Of a stretch of DNA of 64,000 bases, positions 61,393-64,000 are shown one piece after another (the stretch's first letter is position 1; each line of letters begins with the position of its first letter). The notes beneath the pieces were generated by a model, which was given only the letters and a program-made list of their open reading frames with translations, was not told the DNA's origin and did no database searches. The DNA comes from Balanoglossus misakiensis. Taxonomy: Eukaryota; Animalia; Hemichordata. The stretch is from the NCBI GenBank assembly GCA_040954595.2, contig CM082576.2, positions 18,151,028 to 18,215,027 of the forward strand, written 5' to 3'. The position numbers and the translations under genes were made by a program.

Positions 61393-62708
61393 ATTTTTTG
61401 GAAGCAAAGCTGACAAAATACAGCTATATACTAGAATAATGTTTCATTAATGCCTGATTATTAAACTGGAGAACGTATCTCTAAAATTGCTCTCTATTTC
61501 TCCCTCAGGGAAAAGAGCAATAGACAAAACTTTGAGTGACAGATCTTCCAGTTGTGTACTTATCATTTGTATTACCCAATCACAGACTTTGTGTTATTGG
61601 TCATTTATCTGTCCAATTTTAATACTCTTGTGTTCAGTGGAGCATTACACCAAAGAAGTCACACTATGACAGTGACAATAAAACACTTGCAAAAACATGG
61701 ATTGCTCAGGTCAGCCTATCTGGTTACAGATTACCTGTGAAACAACTAATCCAGCTATAATGAATGTGTTTCATTATATACAGAGAATTGTAGGTTGTAT
61801 GAGACGTGTTAATATCACACTCTAGCATGAGGCAATGTTCACACGTTTATATTTATCATGTGAAAGCCACAAAGTCACCAGCTCTTGATGTTCATTTTTT
61901 TGGAATAATTTGTTATGATCTGATTGCTGAAAATTGAATTGAAGCTGAACCTACAGCATATGTGTGGACATAACATGTTTATACTTCCATGCAGTAATTT
62001 GTGTTACAGCCAAACAATTAAATAACACCATTATAACAAAATTAACGAAACTCACCCCAGGGCTATCACTAATTTGAAGGGATGCTGATCCAGAGTTAAT
62101 GGTTCATTGGGGAGTCTAACAGTGTTTTGAAATGTCACATTGTAATTTGAAAGTTTAGGCTTGGGTAGTGACAATGTTATTACATTATTGTGTACAAAAT
62201 TTGAATGGAGCTCTATGAAAAGAGAAAAGTGGTGTGTGGAAAAAATCAGTCTCTGTGCTAATATCAAGTGCCTTCATTCGACTCTCAAGGAAAGTTTGGT
62301 AAAACAATTAACTTTTTCTGTGTCAGCATTATTGGGAAAGATTAAGCCCACACATGTATTCAATTTAGATAAAAATGGAAAATTACCATCAGCCTTTTTT
62401 CTTAGCACCCAATTCCCTGTGTAGACATCCAACTTTCCAGCAGGAAACAATGGATTTGGACCGAACCATTCGTTCACTTGAATATATATGTAATATCTGT
62501 ATGTATGTAACAACTGTATTCTTTGCAGTCATCATTTAATCATTTATTCATGAGAACACCTTTCTAGTAATGATAGAACTTACAGTCTATTTGATGATCT
62601 CAATTATATGCAAACCACCAGGATGTTTCATTTGACTAATGAACTCAAGGTAATGCGCCACCATAGTGTAGATTGCTGATATAAAAGGACACCATGCATA
62701 TGCTTAGT

Positions 62709-63028
62709 CAGTTCACCTCTGTATCCAGACCGGCCACATGTATGAACTGAAGATGTCTATGTTCAATTTCAGGTTAGTTTTCCTTGTACTTTACCTGTAG
62801 CTTGAAGCATTTTTATATAGGTGCATTCTACTGGCTCATTTTAGCACAAGTAATTGGTGTCTGAACTTGCGTCAAGTCTTCAATTGTACTTCTGTATTTT
62901 TCACTTGCATGAATTTTTGTGTATTCTCCTGTAGGTGAACTCCCATACATGTGTGTAATTTAGCAGTTCACCTGTGTAGCCAGACCGGCCACACATATGA
63001 ACTGATGATGTCCCTGTTCAATTTCAGT
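62709..63028 (+). repeat. Imperfect ~64-bp direct repeat pair (62709 and 62964)
   Basis: cagttcacct.tgta.ccagaccggccaca..tatgaactga.gatgtc..tgttcaatttcag occurs twice. Confidence 0.7.
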
Positions 63029-64000
63029 TAAGAAATGTCATAGGCCTATGTCTTGTGAAACCTTTAAACAATTTTGGTGTGTTTTGTGGTGAACGGCGAC
63101 ACCCGTGACAAGTATGTTAGAATCAAACTATTAGATGCATGTGAAGAAATATAGTCTGTTATAAGGAAGTGACTGGAGTGAAGGAGACCTCGTACGACGA
63201 AAAGTACTTTAATAGACTCGAAATGCACTCAAATTACAATCGAGATATAATGCATTTATATATGCTTAAAAAGGTAAATTAATGAATGGTGTCAACAAAA
63301 TAAACGTTCATGATACATTTAGATCATTTTCTCGTCCAGCTAGGGGGTTCAACGTCAAAAGGAAAGTTTACTATTCAAATGCAAATAAAGTCATTAAAGA
63401 GTCCTAATCTCTTCTATCCAGTGACCATAGTAGCCAAACAATTAAAATCACATGTTTTTAATATCAATATTCACATACATTGCTTTTTACTTTTCTTGAA
63501 TTTCCTAACATTTTTTTATTTTAACAAAAACAAGAGCCTTTCATGACCACTTATTGACTTTCGAAAATATTTCATGTAATCAGCCATTCATTTTATGTGT
63601 GTGTGAAGAATGACCCTCTGAGGCTGTTGAATCATGTATAGTGCTGAAGGGGAGGGGGGGGGGGGACACCATTCCTCAATTTTGTTGATTTTGCATAAGA
63701 TGCTAAGTTGGTATTTTCCACATATTGCTTTTTGTACTGAGAATTACTTAGTTCTTAAGAAGAGCTTTTGACTAACATTTCATTGTATTTACAAGACTGC
63801 CAGAGTATGTAAATATTATATGCAGCATTAGGAAGGAATATCTTTGATATTTTTATTCCAACAATTTTCCTATCATGATAAATAAGTAGACAGATATATC
63901 ATGTTAGGATTTTTGCATACTTAAAATAAATATTCTGATAAAATGAGTGCTTTTGTCTGTCTCTTTAATTTCAGGTGAGGATAAGTATTTGTTGTTGCTT

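Overview
AT-rich, intron-rich animal genomic DNA, probably from a marine invertebrate (inferred from repeat content and exon style). Most short ORFs in the track are noise. (1) A decayed, multi-exon MED25-like (Mediator subunit 25) locus runs on + from 1441 to 60583: VWA-domain exons, linker exons, Q-rich exons and a terminal exon ending DDMSLFDILNQ*. Its middle exons are amplified in a ~4.5-kb tandem array (1862-20434). I could not find the ACID/PTOV exons. (2) In their place is a ~34-kb block with three damaged copies of a four-exon calcium-binding EGF module. (3) One EGF intron holds a four-level transposon nest: MULE-type MITE > CACTA/EnSpm-type element > Ngaro-type tyrosine-recombinase (YR) retrotransposon with split direct repeats > RTEX-like LINE with a templated, inverted 5' junction. 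Once the LINE is removed the Ngaro element is essentially intact. Its sequence suggests an unusual expression scheme: a SAM-like/CCCH Gag, a Gag-Pol made by readthrough of one in-frame UAG followed by a purine spacer and hairpin, and a SAM-YR fusion made by an in-frame splice from gag into the recombinase. (4) Many non-autonomous DNA elements can be delimited exactly because empty paralogous sites lie in the same window. All family assignments are from motif recognition by eye; no database search was run.
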